A stretch of 64,000 nucleotides of DNA from Octopus vulgaris (taxonomy: Eukaryota), in the NCBI GenBank assembly GCA_951406725.2, contig OX597822.1, positions 62,868,001-62,932,000 of the forward strand. Direction: 5' to 3'. Below, piece after piece: positions 12,281 through 26,345 of this stretch (position 1 is the stretch's first letter; each line of letters begins with the position of its first letter). Below the pieces are notes generated by a model. It saw only the letters and a list, made by a program, of their open reading frames with translations. It searched no databases and was not told the DNA's origin. Both the position numbers and the translations under genes were made by a program.

Positions 12281-12377
12281 CCTCCTTCTTTCCTTCCTTC
12301 CTGAGCGTCCAATAATACTATACTTGTTCCACATCCTCGCGTTGTTGTGTTTTCTTTTTGTGTTTTCATGTTTGGAT

Positions 12378-12430
<53 letters not shown>

Positions 12431-12642
12431 GGATATATAAAGAGAAATTGTGAAGGCTTGCTCCGACGGCTGTTTCAAGATGCCCAGAGATACTAATGAC
12501 CATAATTTACATGTGATATGTGTGTAATATCATAAGAATGCAAGCGATGGCCAATCCCGATGACGTTATTCCTATAAGTCTGGCTTCCCTTTTGGTATTT
12601 GTCAATCTTTTCTTGATATCTTCTCCGACATTATGCACATAG

Positions 12643-12825
12643 GTGCAAACGTAACTGTGTGGTAAGCTGCTTGCTTTTCAACCACATGTTTCCAGGTTCA
12701 GTTCCAGTGTGTGGCACCTTGGTCAGGTGACTTCTAGTATAGCCTTGGGCCGACCAAAGCCTTGTGAGTGAGTTTGGTAGACTGAAGCTAAAAGAAGCCT
12801 ATCCTATATATTTGTGTGTGTGTGG

Positions 12826-12861
<36 letters not shown>

Positions 12862-12995
12862 GTGCGTGTATTTATATGTGGCTGTAGAAACCGATAGAAT
12901 AAGTCCTGGCGTCGATTTTTTCGACTGAATCTCTGTAAAGCGGTGCTCCAGCATGACTGCAGTCAAATGACTGAAGCCACTAAAAGAATAAAAGA
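12643..12995 (+). mobile_element. SINE family A, diverged
   Basis: Same head, CORE-like region and tail as 10059..10450. Confidence 0.85.
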
Positions 12996-13189
12996 GTATA
13001 CACTCTTTTCATTTACCTTACTCCCTCTATTGCAGCTCGATTTAGTTTTCTCTTATAGTCATTTTTATGCTGTGGATCTTGCACTGGAGGAATTCGGAGT
13101 TTAACTTCACATTCATTTGAACACTACCGTGTCCGTGTGTTATCCATGCTGACCTTATTTGACTCTCACTAATTCACTATATGTACTTG

Positions 13190-13247
<58 letters not shown>

Positions 13248-13414
13248 ATTAAATAATAAGGGTAGTAGAAATTGATATTAATAAATTAAAACCTGTTACT
13301 TAGCATATTTAAAAAATCCGAAGATTAAAAGTTGTGTTACATACAAAATTAAGAGGAATGACCATTAAAGTGGACACCTAATATGCAAAACATAGACGTC
13401 AAATCGCCATTACC

Positions 13415-13464
<50 letters not shown>

Positions 13465-13613
13465 GGTTAAGTAATTGAGATTCAAGTGAATTCTAAAGAA
13501 TTCACATGAATATGGTCCTTAACTAGGATGCACCGGAAATCTATATGGTGTTAACCATACGACAAGTGGGGTGATTACAAATAGGAAAAAAGCAACAAGA
13601 ATGGATTAAAATC

Positions 13614-13697
13614 TCGGTACGATCGTTTCGTACGAGGACATCTTTAATAAGCTACAAAAAATGCAGTGAATACAGATGGCTCGTACTCGTCAGCCGA
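13614..13697 (-). ncRNA. Canonical-core type-I hammerhead ribozyme
   Basis: Minus strand: TCGG-CTGACGA-GTACGAG...CTCGTAC-GAAA-CGATCG-TA/CCGA. All core nucleotides intact, GUA cleavage triplet. Confidence 0.85.
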
Positions 13698-13770
13698 AAA
13701 AACATCAGAGAATTCCCAAACATCAAAAGGGGTAGATACAAAAGAGGTTGTAAGATTAACTGCATTGAAG

Positions 13771-14174
13771 AAAGTTCGATTCATGGAGATCCGATGAAAG
13801 GTTTTAAACTTACAGAATTTGTGCATGTCTACATATAGCTCATATTGAATTTTTAATCAAGTTGTGTGAAGAAATTTTCGGATACAGTCATGCAAAATTT
13901 CTGAAAATCCGAGTAAGAAGCAAAGTGACTGTCATATCATGTAGGGGAAAGTCTGAGTAAAAGCAAAGTGACTGTCATATCGTGTAGAGGAACAGATTGT
14001 TATTGAAATTTACAAGAATCGCAGATAAGTTCGATTCTTGGAGATCCGATGAAAAGTCTTGAACTTACAGAATATGTGCATGTCCTTATAGTTCATAATC
14101 CAGTTTTGTGAAGAGATTTAGGGTACAATCATGCGAAAATATCAGGGAATCCGAATGAGAAGCAAAGTGACAGT

Positions 14175-14176
<2 letters not shown>
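13771..14176. repeat. Tandem repeat of about 255 bp with a nested duplication of about 42 bp, adjoining the hammerhead insert
   Basis: AAGTTCGATTC..GGAGATCCGATGAAA..ACTTACAGAAT..GTGCATGTC occurs twice. AGCAAAGTGAC occurs three times. Confidence 0.8.
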
Positions 14177-14216
<40 letters not shown>

Positions 14217-14218
<2 letters not shown>

Positions 14219-14323
14219 CCTGCTCGCTTAGCCAGCGGGGTGGCGTCGTTCGAAGGCTAAAACAATGCAAAACGCATTGTGACCAGCGATGTGTAGCAAC
14301 ATCTGATGGTCTGGTCGGTCACG

Positions 14324-14328
<5 letters not shown>
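14217..14328 (+). mobile_element. 3' part of SINE family B (OR-like)
   Basis: CGCATTGTGACCAGCGATGTGTAGCAACATCTGATGGTCTGGTCGGTCAC matches the 3' end of 31575..31810. Confidence 0.8.
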
Positions 14329-14382
<54 letters not shown>

Positions 14383-15033
14383 CAATCCCCATATGGATGG
14401 ATAGATGGATGGATCGTTCGTTCGATCGATGGACGGACGGGCTTGTTGTTTGTGTGTATACTCCGACATCGTGCATGTAATGACGTAGGTACGTATTTGC
14501 GCCTTCGAAGTTTTATGTAATGTAGAACTGAGTCAACTCCACTTAAATGTATATAGAACTCCGGTTATATATATACACTTTTTTATGCAACCTGCACCAC
14601 GAATTTTGAGATGCGCGAATTTTGCAATGACTCTCAAAAACTCCTTCCAGCTTGGTTGTATTTGGACTGAAGTCTATTTCCAAATTTCCTTTAATTTGGC
14701 GTCGTTTCTGTCAGTTGCTAACTCAAGTTGAAAAGACTCTCTTTTAATTAATCAGTCTTTTTTACGTTACAGTTTTATGTCCCTAGCTTCTGTTCTTTTA
14801 GTCTTTAGATTTAACTTCGTTCTACTCTGTCTCCTACCCTCACTCTTTACAGATACATGATCGCGTGGTTTCCAGTGTCGAAATAGTAATGACTCTAGAT
14901 GAAAAAAAAAACCAGGCTGTCGAATTGCTTTTATTAACTTCAGTTTATTATACTTTCTATTGATTCCCATACACATCTTTCACTAACACATATATACAAA
15001 CATGCATATATATATATATATTATATATATATA

Positions 15034-15066
<33 letters not shown>

Positions 15067-15091
15067 CATTATTATTATTATTATTATAAAA

Positions 15092-15510
15092 ACGCAGGAA
15101 TGGCTGTGTGGTAAGTAGTTTGATTACCTACCACATGGTTCCGGGTTCAGTCCCACTGCGTGGCACCTTGGGCAAGTATCTTCTGCTATAACCTCGGGCC
15201 GACCAAAGCCTTGTGAGTTCATTTGGTAGACGGAAACTGAAAGAAGCCCGTCGTATATATGTATATGTATGTATGTACGTGTGTGTGTATGTTTGTGTGT
15301 CCCCTCCCCCAACATCGCTTGACAACCGATGCTGGTTTGTTTACGTCCCCGTAACTTAGCGGTTCGGCAAAAGAGACCGATAGAATAAGTACTAGACTTA
15401 CAAAGAATAAGTCCTGGAGTCGATTTGCTCGACAAAAGGAGGTGCTCCAGCATGGCCACAGTTAAATGACTGAATCAAGTAAAAGAGTAAAAGAGAGTAA
15501 AAAAGAGTAA
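15092..15510 (+). mobile_element. SINE family A, full length
   Basis: Near-identical to 10059..10450. Confidence 0.9.
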
Positions 15511-16317
15511 ACATACACATTTTTAAGTATATACATACATACGCACGTACATGCATATATCCTGGGGTTTAAAGTGAATAAGAAAATGTTTTATTAAGAC
15601 CCTGATTTCGGCGGAAGATTGTTTCATTTGAGAATACGACAGGGACAAACATCTTATATATCTTATAGCTGAGAAAATGCATTAGAACAAATGACAAGTA
15701 ACAGAATTTGATGATAACGTTCATATCGATGACGATAGAACAAATAAAGAACGCGAAAATACAAATCGGAATATAAAAGTAAGAATGAATAATTAAACGA
15801 ATACTGGTACACGTAAATAAAACGAGACAAAAAAACAAAAATTAAAAGTTGGATGAAAAATAATGCAGAAATATCAAGTTTAAGTATAGATAAGTAAATA
15901 AATGGAAAGAATGAAATATAGGTGAGTGATAATGGCGATGATTATATTTATGACAAAGATGGCGGTGATAACAACTAGGACGACAATAATGACGAAGACG
16001 ACGACGACGACAATGATGATTATGATGATGATGGAGGTGGTGATATTGGTAGTCTGGCGGTGATGAAGATGATGATGATGATGGTGATCAAAGACGGAAA
16101 TAATAATAATGAGACGGTAATAAAATATACATAGAAAGTAAAGCTAAACACAGACAGATACTTATGGTCCCTCGGGGATAACATTTCCATTTTAGTCAAG
16201 TAGCGTTGGACAGTTCCATGGGCCCACATAAACAATCATGCTCAAAGGAACTCAAATATGTGTGTGTGTGCGTGTGTGTGTGTGTGTGTGCATTCATCAT
16301 ATATATATATGTATATA

Positions 16318-16828
16318 GGCGTCGGTGTGGCTGTGTGATATGAAGCTTGCTTCCCGACCACTTTTCTGTCGTTCTGTCCATTTATTTGTTTATGCTTAAA
16401 CTTGATTTTTGTTTAGTATTTTTCTCGCTCTATTTACGCGGAGCTGTATCCATTCAGTTATTCATGGTTCCGGGTTCAATCCCTCTGCGTGGCACCTTGG
16501 GCAAGTGTCTTCTAGGATAGCCTCAGGCAGACCAAAACCTTGTGAGTGGATCTGTTAGACGTAAACTAAAAGAAGCCTATCATATATGTATATGTGTGTG
16601 TGTGTATGCCTGTGTGTGTGTGCATGTTTGTGTGTGTATCGCACCAACGCTTGACAACCATTGTTGATGTGTTTACGTCCCCGTAGCCTATCAGTTCGGC
16701 AAATGAGACCGATAGAATAAGTACCAGACTTATTAAATGCTGAGGTTGATTAATTCGACTAAAAATTCTTCAAGGCGGTGCTCCAGCATGGCCGCAGTTT
16801 AATGACTGAAACAAGTAAAAGATAAAAG
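16318..16828 (+). mobile_element. SINE family A with an insertion of about 100 bp in the head
   Basis: Head is interrupted at about 16362-16463; tail intact. Confidence 0.8.
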
Positions 16829-17242
16829 TCATGTATATATATATATATATATATGAAATACAAAAATGGGACAAGAACACAAAACATCCTGACAGACGAT
16901 GCAAAATAATCAAGGATAGGTCATCCGGAGTTTACTTTCCTCAGTCGAGTTCCAGATTATCTTTGCAATTTCGGTTGGTTATACTCGAGATTGCTCCAAT
17001 CTGGCAAGCCCAAAAGAAAAACTAGGCTAAGCGCACTAGATTCCTTGGAAGAAAGCCGCGAATGTATACGAAAACAAGGACGTAAAAAACGGAGAAATGT
17101 TACACAAATACAAACAGCAGGACATTAACAATGAGTGTCTTTCGACTAAGGACGAAATAAATTAAGCTGGCGTGTGTGGAAGTAAAGCCTTACGGCAGGG
17201 ACATAAGATTTGACAGGCTCATGGAGGAATATTTATACATAT

Positions 17243-17330
<88 letters not shown>

Positions 17331-18100
17331 TGTAAAAATAAATATATAAGTATGCATATATGTATGTGTGTACAACGGCCTTCATTCAATATCTGGCTTA
17401 TGGAGTTTTATTCTATCGACCACTTTTATTGGCCCACTATGTTGCAGGAACATAAACAAACTCCAGTCGTGAACCAGTGGAGCGACAGAAGAACACACAC
17501 GCACATGCATGTAATTATGTATAAATATATATACAGCATTATGGAGAATTAATACAGAACTTACAACTCTTGTACTCTGACTATGAATTCTCATGTGTAC
17601 TTATCATCATAGGTGCATTAGGTTATGTTCTGACAAATTTGCACAAAAAACAAGAAATACTCGGTTTCACAGAGAAAGAGAGAAAGAAACTATATCACTA
17701 AATACCGAGAACTCTCTTAACTCAAAAAGATCGTCGCTTTGTTGGCGACTGGCTTAAACTCCCTCGAGAAGAACTCAAAGAAAAATCATGCATACGGGAA
17801 TACTTACATTTGAACATTTACGAATCAGCCTGTTTTTCTTCGAAATTCATCCGTAGCATATACCTTCAACATATCACAGTATAGCACAACAGCTCCTGAT
17901 GTAGATATTAAGAATCACTATCGTCAGAAAAATTCACTCGAACCTCCGGCATATTCTTTTGATTTGCAAAACCAAATACCTTTTCGTCGTCTCAATAAGT
18001 GCCAGTCTGTAGATTTTATCTGTTAATGATTTTATCTCTCTGTTTCCAAGTCACCTTATAGTCTTTCCTTCGTCTTCGCAACTTTTTTTTTATATTCTTT

Positions 18101-18134
<34 letters not shown>

Positions 18135-18739
18135 TTGTTACCTATATCGTTTATATCTTTGTTGTACTTCATTTTATCCTTTCATTGCCTTTATATTATT
18201 TATCCCTCTGGGTTGTATACATTTTTTATTGCATCGTTTTTATTTCATTGCACTTCTTTCACATTTATTCTTTATGGTCTGTTTCATCTTACTTTATCGT
18301 ATTTCCGAATTATCTGTTCTTATGTATAATCCGTTGACTTGGTACCACTTAACCTAAACTTTGCTACACTTGCTTTGATATACTATTTATTACTTGTCCT
18401 ATTATTGTTCTGTTTTCTTCTTGAATGAAACATTATTCCCTTGAATATATAGAGAGAATAATGTAATGGGTTTCATATTTCGATACCGTCATCCAATGAT
18501 ATGATCGGTAATCGATATGAATATTGATTATTTGAAGGAATATAATAATGTTTCTGATACATCAATAATTTATATTCTGTATTCTTTTAAACTACATGTA
18601 ACTTATTATTACATAATAACCTCAATTTATATTGCTGCTTCATTGACTGCAATTATAAGGGCGTGAGAGTTTAGCATAGCAGATAACTGAACCCTAATTA
18701 TTCATGGCAACTTCCCCCAGTCTGCGCATCAGTAACAAC

Positions 18740-18802
<63 letters not shown>

Positions 18803-18829
18803 ACTTTATATATATATATATTATTTTAT

Positions 18830-19353
18830 TCTTTTATTCAGTTACTTGTTTCAGTCATTTGACTGCGGCCATACTGGAGCACCGCCTTTAGTCGAGCAAA
18901 TCGACCCCAAAGTGACGGCGGCGAGCTGGCAGAAACGTTAGCGCACCGGGCGAAATGCTTAGTGGTATTTCGTCTGTCGTTACGTTCTGAGTTCAAATTC
19001 CGCCGAGGTCGACTTTGCCTTTCATCCTTTCGGGTCGATAAATAAAGTACCATTTTCGCAATGGGGTCTAAGTTACGGGGATGTAAACTCACCAGCATCC
19101 GTTGTCAAGCGATGTTGGGCGGGGACAAACACAGACACACAAACATATACACACACATACATAAATATATAAGCATATATATACATATACGACGGCCTTC
19201 TTCCAGTTTCCGTCTACCAAATCTACTCACAAAGCTTTGGTCGCCACGAGGCTATAGTAGAAGATACTTGTCCAAGATGCCACGCAGTGGGACTGAACCC
19301 AGGACCATGTGGTTGGTACGCAAGCTACTTACCACACAGCCACTCCTGCGCCT
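18830..19353 (-). mobile_element. SINE family A carrying a nested family-C SINE (about 18913-19052, + strand)
   Basis: Family A tail at 18838-18908 and head at 19070-19353 flank GGCGGCGAGCTGGCAGAAACGTTAG...CCTTTCATCCTTTCGG. Confidence 0.85.
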
Positions 19354-19536
19354 ATATATGAATTTTGAGTTAGAGGTTATGTAACCGTCTAAGGGATAAA
19401 TGTATCCATAAGCACTACTGGTGTATTACTTATGTATAGGCCTTGCTATAGACTTAACAGTCGTTGGTAATTCAAATGGTAAACTATGGTTTAATATATC
19501 CATTTCTTATCTTATCTGAATATATATGGTGTGTAC

Positions 19537-19780
<244 letters not shown>

Positions 19781-19824
19781 ACCAGAAAAGCAAACAAAGA
19801 AAGACTTTAGCACATCTTTAATGA

Positions 19825-19932
19825 CCAGTTACAGTTGTTTCGGTAACACTGTCCCTTAAGGCAAAAGTTCAATGGGCAAATTCACGTAATATTTGCCGTT
19901 TTACACATTAGAGTGGCACTTCATCAGACTTG
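19825..19932 (-). ncRNA. Type-I hammerhead motif with a long stem-II insert
   Basis: Minus strand: CAAGT-CTGATGA-AGTGCCACT...AGTGTTACC-GAAA-CAACTG-TA/ACTGG, with an internal GGCAAAT/ATTTGCC hairpin. Confidence 0.7.
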
Positions 19933-19999
19933 CATCAAAAGGTGCGCTCTTACCTTATGTATACATACATACATACATACACACACATATATATATATG

Positions 20000-20182
<183 letters not shown>

Positions 20183-21129
20183 GTGTGTGTTTCCATGCAT
20201 GTGGGTAGATTTATGTGTATTTCCGCATATTTAATATGTTTGTGTGTATATATATATCCGTATGTATGTATGTGCATAAGTATTCTGATTCCATATTGGT
20301 TCCAATAGAAGTGTTTCTAAGTATAATAACTGCTTGAATGTAATTTCTGCTTCATAACCTATCACGTTTTTGATCTATATCACAGATTATTTTTGTAGAT
20401 TCTTCAAAAATAGCTGAACACTTCAAGTAATGTTTTTGAGTCATCGGTCCTTTAAACACCTTTTCATTCACTTCCGCCTTCTGTTTTACCGCATGAAAGC
20501 ATTCGCGGCCGACATGGAGAAGAACCAGGAAATATGTTTATATGTTTAGTACAATACCAAAGAATGAAATAGCTTAAATGCATACACACCAAGTTAAGAG
20601 GCTGTTCAGTCCATGGAATGTAACGAGTAAAATAGTTGTTACTGAAAATATGTGCTTGAAGTTCTTTGTAGTACTTTGATATGTTTGATGCGCCGTTATC
20701 ATAGTGTTTTTTTTCTTTTAATTTGTTACGTCGATTCTATTTTGTTCAAAAAATTTCCACGGCGATGTTTGCATGAGCTTCTGAGTGACTTGCAAAGGGA
20801 ATGAAAGTAAGAAAACAGCCAATAACCTTTTGATCTGATTTTCTAACATGGTGAATAACTAGTCAACTGATCAATCTGAGATTTTCCTGGTGTTGAATAA
20901 ACACTTAGAGAAAAAGTATGTCGCTTCTTTGATTTCTTCTCCAATTTAAAAAAAAAGACTGTGATAACAACGCATCAAAATACTACATAGGACTTCAAGC
21001 ATATATTGTCAGCATCAACTATTTTACGCATTACATTCCATGTACTGAACACTCTCTTAACTTGGTGTAAATGCTTTCAATACTTTGTTTACATTACTTC
21101 TATACCTTCCTCGGATATTTTTGAAGATA

Positions 21130-21970
21130 CGAGGTCTGATCAATAAGTATCCGGACTGTGGCCATAGTAACACATCTAAAACACGCAGAATAAAGCCGCT
21201 TGACCTTGAGCTCTGCTGTGCCTGCGCACGCAATTTTAACGTTCTAACTCACTTTCGCTGTTTGCAGCAGTGCTTGAAAGGAAGGTGTGTAGCGTGTGAT
21301 CGTCGCATTGACTATGACAGAAGAAGTTGTCATGGCGATACCTGCTCAGAGGCCAACGCAAAGTTGTAGAAAGTATATGGATAGGAGTGTGTGAGTCGCA
21401 CACAACGTAGCCGAAAAAATGTCGATAGTGACGAACATTCTAGGAGACCCGCAACCAGCAGAACTGAGAAAAATATCGCAGATATGCGTGCACCTGTGAG
21501 AGGAAATCGTTGAATCACCATCCGAGATTATCAGAACTTGTGCCAATTAGTTACGGTTCAGTTCGATCCATAATCATTGAAGATTTGTGTATGAGATGCG
21601 TGTCTGCCAGGTTTGTACCAAAACTGCTTTCAGCTGACCAAAAAGACAGTCGAGTTTCAGTTGCATAAGATCTTGTTTGTATCAAGAACGATGAAAACTT
21701 TTTGAAAACTTTGCGTAAGCCTCTTAGCAGGTATCGCCAGCTTTTGGCAAAATTTGATGCAGATTCTCTGCTCAACTTTCTCTGTCATAATCAATGCGAC
21801 GATCACACTCTACACGCGTTACTTCCAAGCACTGCTGTAAACAGCGGAAGTTAAAACTTAGTGCGCATGCACAGCAGAATTCAAGGTAAATCCGTGCCAA
21901 GTGGCTTCACCCTGCGTGCTTTATCTTCGTTACTGTGGTAACAGCCCGGACTCTTATTAATCAGACAACG
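21130..21970 (+). mobile_element. Non-autonomous mariner derivative with long inverted arms and TA target duplication
   Basis: TA|CGAGGTCTGATCAATAAGTATCCGGACT ... AGCCCGGACTCTTATTAATCAGACAACG|TA. Decayed N-terminal transposase (SRRPATSRT..ITIR..ISYGSV..SARFVPKLLS). Confidence 0.85.
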
Positions 21971-22134
21971 TATATTTGAAGATTTCCCTTGTAATTAACT
22001 TATTTTTGCTGTATGAGAAATAAGAAAAGCTCATATTTAGTAAATGGTTGTTGTCATTCTGTTAAGAATTAAGTGTTTCAGTGTCATCAAAAGATGAGAG
22101 AAACTTTACAGTCAAAACTATTCTTTACATTACT

Positions 22135-22305
22135 TTTGTCCCAGATGAACCTACCTCACGGCAAGAGGTGCAAATGAGGGTAGCTACATCAAACTCCATT
22201 CTTCACTAAGTACCACATATTGGAGGAGGCTCTCAGTAATAACAGTGTAGCAAAATGGCGGTGCATCAGTATGGCCGCAGCTTTGAGCTGAAACTAGAGA
22301 ACAAA
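22135..22305 (+). mobile_element. 3' fragment of the same CR1/L2-group LINE family as 41165..44060
   Basis: PDEPTSRQEVQMR codons and tail GGCGGTGCATCAGTATGGCCGCAGCTTTGAGCTGAAACTAG. Confidence 0.85.
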
Positions 22306-23584
22306 AATACTCCATTCCTTTTATGAATGAGATTTCGTTCATTGAATCAATTCACGTTATGTTACAGATCCGATGTCCAGAACTGCTATCATGTTTTGTA
22401 AACAATATACAGGTGCTATTTAGGAAAAACTGGGGTTTTAACCTATGTATGCCCTCGAAGACAATTCAAACCGATCAATATATATTTCCTATTGAATGGG
22501 AGAAAATACATTACTCATTCCCTTTAGATATCCTCACTAGTCATGTGCTTCTGGAATATCAATGAATGATATCTTCTCTGGTCAGAGTGTTTCGAAATAA
22601 GAGAAATCATTATCATGGTGCCACCGAGAATTTATTTACATCACAAATCACTCAATTCCTGCATTATATTGGAGTTTCGTCATCCCCTCATCATCAACTT
22701 TTGTGACATTCGTATCATCACAGATAACTTGAACTCTTAGTGCCTCTTTAATATTGCCATAGCAATCATTAGATTCGGATATCTTTGGTGACCAGTTTAA
22801 TGTTTTACTGCTGCCTTGCATTTGAGTCCTAGAACTCGCATTTACTGAGAATTTCTTCATGCTTCCACACCGAAATCTCTTTTTCTCCAACCTAATTAAT
22901 TTGAATGAGTCGAAAATAATTGCTAAATATTGATTGAAGAGTAGTAACATTATTGTAGAAAAAGACAGCATAAGCTTTTGGCCTAATTAAGGAGACTTGA
23001 ATTATTTTGCATGAATCACTTGGTCTCAGGTTAATTACCATTTGCATAAATAGATATTTATGTTACTATACCAATAACTAAAAATTCATAGAAATAAAAT
23101 TTAGCAAAAAGTGAAAGGTCGACCGCCTTCGTTCCGATGATATTTTAGGAGATTCCCAGTGATAATAAATTTATGTAGTTTGGACAAACACATCACACTT
23201 GCTTTAAGCCGTTTTGTTTTCCTTTCTTTTGTTACAAAGTCAAACAACTCCAATTTTAGGGTGAATCAAAACTAGGTCGTAAGCTCCAAACCTCAAATCA
23301 ACGGGAGAATTATAACTGTCAGAATTATGGACCATAATAATACTGATTAGGGAAGGTTAAATGCACATCGTTAATACGCAAAAACTGACTCACTCCTACA
23401 AGACATGGTAAATAGTATCGATTTTTTTTTCTGTTGATCTTTACCATTGTAAATATCTTCCGTTGATCTTCACCATTGTAAATATATTCTGATTAATTGT
23501 TTTCTGTTCACTGCCTTTCACTCAGAACTTTCGAACCATTTTTACTGTCGTACTACGTTTATTACTATATTACTATGTTAATAA

Positions 23585-23956
23585 TCTATATATATAAAGC
23601 TGAAGTTGTGTGTGTGTGTGTGTATGTGTGTGACAGGTTTGATAGCCTTCAACTAACTCTATCTCCTCCGAGACCCTGCGGTGCAAGTTGACCGAAATTG
23701 AGAGTATGATAGAAGGCTTGCTCTTCATTCCGTAGAAAAACAAATTCAAATCGGACCATGTTAGGACCAAAAATTATTTACATCAAAAAGGTGCTTTTTT
23801 TCTATGAAAATCCCTAGTTTTTACGATTTTTTGACTGTTGTGTTCACTTAAAGAGAATAACAAGCTACATAATGCAAATTTTTTACTTTTCAAGAATTCC
23901 AATTCTAAAGGGTCGAAAAGAAAAGAAACCCGAGCAATACCGGGCTATACTGCTAG
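23585..23956 (+). mobile_element. Non-autonomous Helitron
   Basis: A|TC 5' end, subterminal hairpin CCCGAGCAATACCGGG, CTAG|T 3' end, no target-site duplication. Confidence 0.85.
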
Positions 23957-24591
23957 TACTGTCACTATATTAGTATATTACTATTTTATTATAATAGTAG
24001 TATATGTGGAGTGTATTAACTTGCCCCTTTTTAAAGATATAATCTAGATTACTTTCTAATCTGCAACTGCGTTCACAAATTAATTCTCAATCAATTAGCC
24101 ATGCAAGTGTTCAATAAAATCAATGTTTTCGAGCTGTGTTTCATCGTCTAAATGTACAAAACATTTTCGAAGCTTGAGTGTAGCAGAAACACGATTCGGA
24201 TCGCAGTGATATAGATCTAGCTGATATCATGCTTAGAATGGTTTATAGCTCTTAAACAATATATAAGCTGCCATTTGTGATTATCTGTTTCGTATATGTG
24301 GTCATTTAATCCTATGAATAATAATAAAAGAAAATACTGTTGAATAAAGGACTCATTTATAACATAGTAGAGAATTGTATCATATATATTATATTGGCTA
24401 AAGACTATTATTATTTACTTATTTACCAGGGAGCTCCGGTTTCGTCTTTCAATTATTTCAGGGTAATAACAAAAAGACTTAACAGTATATGTTTGTGTTT
24501 GTCGGTTTGTATATATGTGTGTATGTGTGTGTGCGTATAGTGTGTGCTTATGAATGAATTATTCTTATTATTATTGTTATTGTTGTTGCTG

Positions 24592-25170
24592 AGGCGGCGA
24601 GCTGGCAGGATCGTTAGTACGCTGTACGAAATGCTTAGCGGTATTTCGTCTGCCGCTACATTCTGAGTTCAAATTCTGCCGTAGTCGACTTTGCCTTTCA
24701 TTCTTTCGGGGTCGATTAAATAAGTACCAGTTACGCACTGGGGTCGATATAATCGACTTAATCCGTTTGTTTGTCCTTGTTTGTCTCCTCTATGTTTAGC
24801 CCCCTGTGGGTAGTAAAGAAATATGTATTTCAACCGTCGCTACGTTCTGAGTTCAAATTCCGCCGAGGTCGACTTTACCTTTCATCCTTTCGGGGTCGAT
24901 AAATTAAGTACCAGTTACACACTGGGGTCGATATAATCGACTTAATCCGTTTGTCTGTCCTTGTTTGTCTCCTCTGTGTTTAGCTCCTTGTGGGTAGTAA
25001 AGAAATAGGCATTTCGTCTGCCGCTACGTTCTGAGTTCAAATTCCGCTGAGGTCAACTTTGCCTTTCATCCTTTCGGGGTCGATGAATTAAGTACCAGTT
25101 GAGTACTGGAGTCGATGTAATAGACTGTTCACCTCCTCCAAATTTATGCCTTGTACTTATAACAGAAAGG
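24592..25170 (+). mobile_element. SINE family C (Meta-domain-like) with a tandemly triplicated internal unit of about 185 bp
   Basis: TTCTGAGTTCAAATTCCGCCGAGGTCGACTTTGCCTTTCATCCTTTCGGGGTCGAT..AAGTACCAG three times, then an (ATT)n tail. Confidence 0.85.
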
Positions 25171-25250
<80 letters not shown>

Positions 25251-25479
25251 CATTATTATTATTATTATTAATTGAAATAGAAGTAGGCTAATGGCGAAAA
25301 AATACAAAAGGGGGAGTCATGAATTATATGATTGTTTTGTGATAAAACGTTCTTAGCGTTGGTACTTCATTTATTAAGAGTGAGAGACGACCTTAAGTAG
25401 TGATGAATGGGAACAGTACATATGTATATAAACCAGAGTATTCAAGGGTAAAGAATAGGTTGTTTTTTATATTATTCTA

Positions 25480-25930
<451 letters not shown>

Positions 25931-25944
25931 ATCTTCTTATTTAT

Positions 25945-26345
25945 TTATCTCCCACAAGGGGCTAAACATAGAGGGGACAAACAAGGACAGATAAAGAGAT
26001 AAAGTCGATTACATCGACCCCAATGCTTAACTGGTACTTGATTTATCGACTACGAAAGGATGAAAGGCAAAGTCGACCTCGGCGGAATTTGAACTCAGAA
26101 CGTAACGGCAGACGAAATACCTATTTCTTTACTGCCTTCAGGGGCTACACACAGAGGGGACAAATAAGAACAGACAAACGGATTAAGTCGATTATATCGA
26201 CCCCAGTACGTAACTGGTACTTAATTTATCGACCCCAAAAGGATGAAAGGCAAAGTCGACCTCGGCAGAATTTGAACTCAGAACGTAACGGCAGACGAAA
26301 TACCGCTAAGCATATTGCCCGGCGTGCTAACGTTTCTGCCAGCTT
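25945..26345 (-). mobile_element. SINE family C, tandem dimer
   Basis: Reverse complement of the unit at 24592..25170, present twice. Confidence 0.85.

Noticed and set aside
16855-17230. Hammerhead in this TA-flanked insert (CTGAGGA at 16936-16942, minus)
   Set aside because: I could not build stem II plus GAAA plus NUH; only an unrelated hairpin is present.
22648-22971. 107-aa minus-strand ORF
   Set aside because: No recognisable domain or convincing splice sites.
24592-25170. CRISPR-like regularly spaced repeats
   Set aside because: The 'spacers' are homologous to each other. This is a tandem SINE unit in eukaryotic DNA, with no cas genes.
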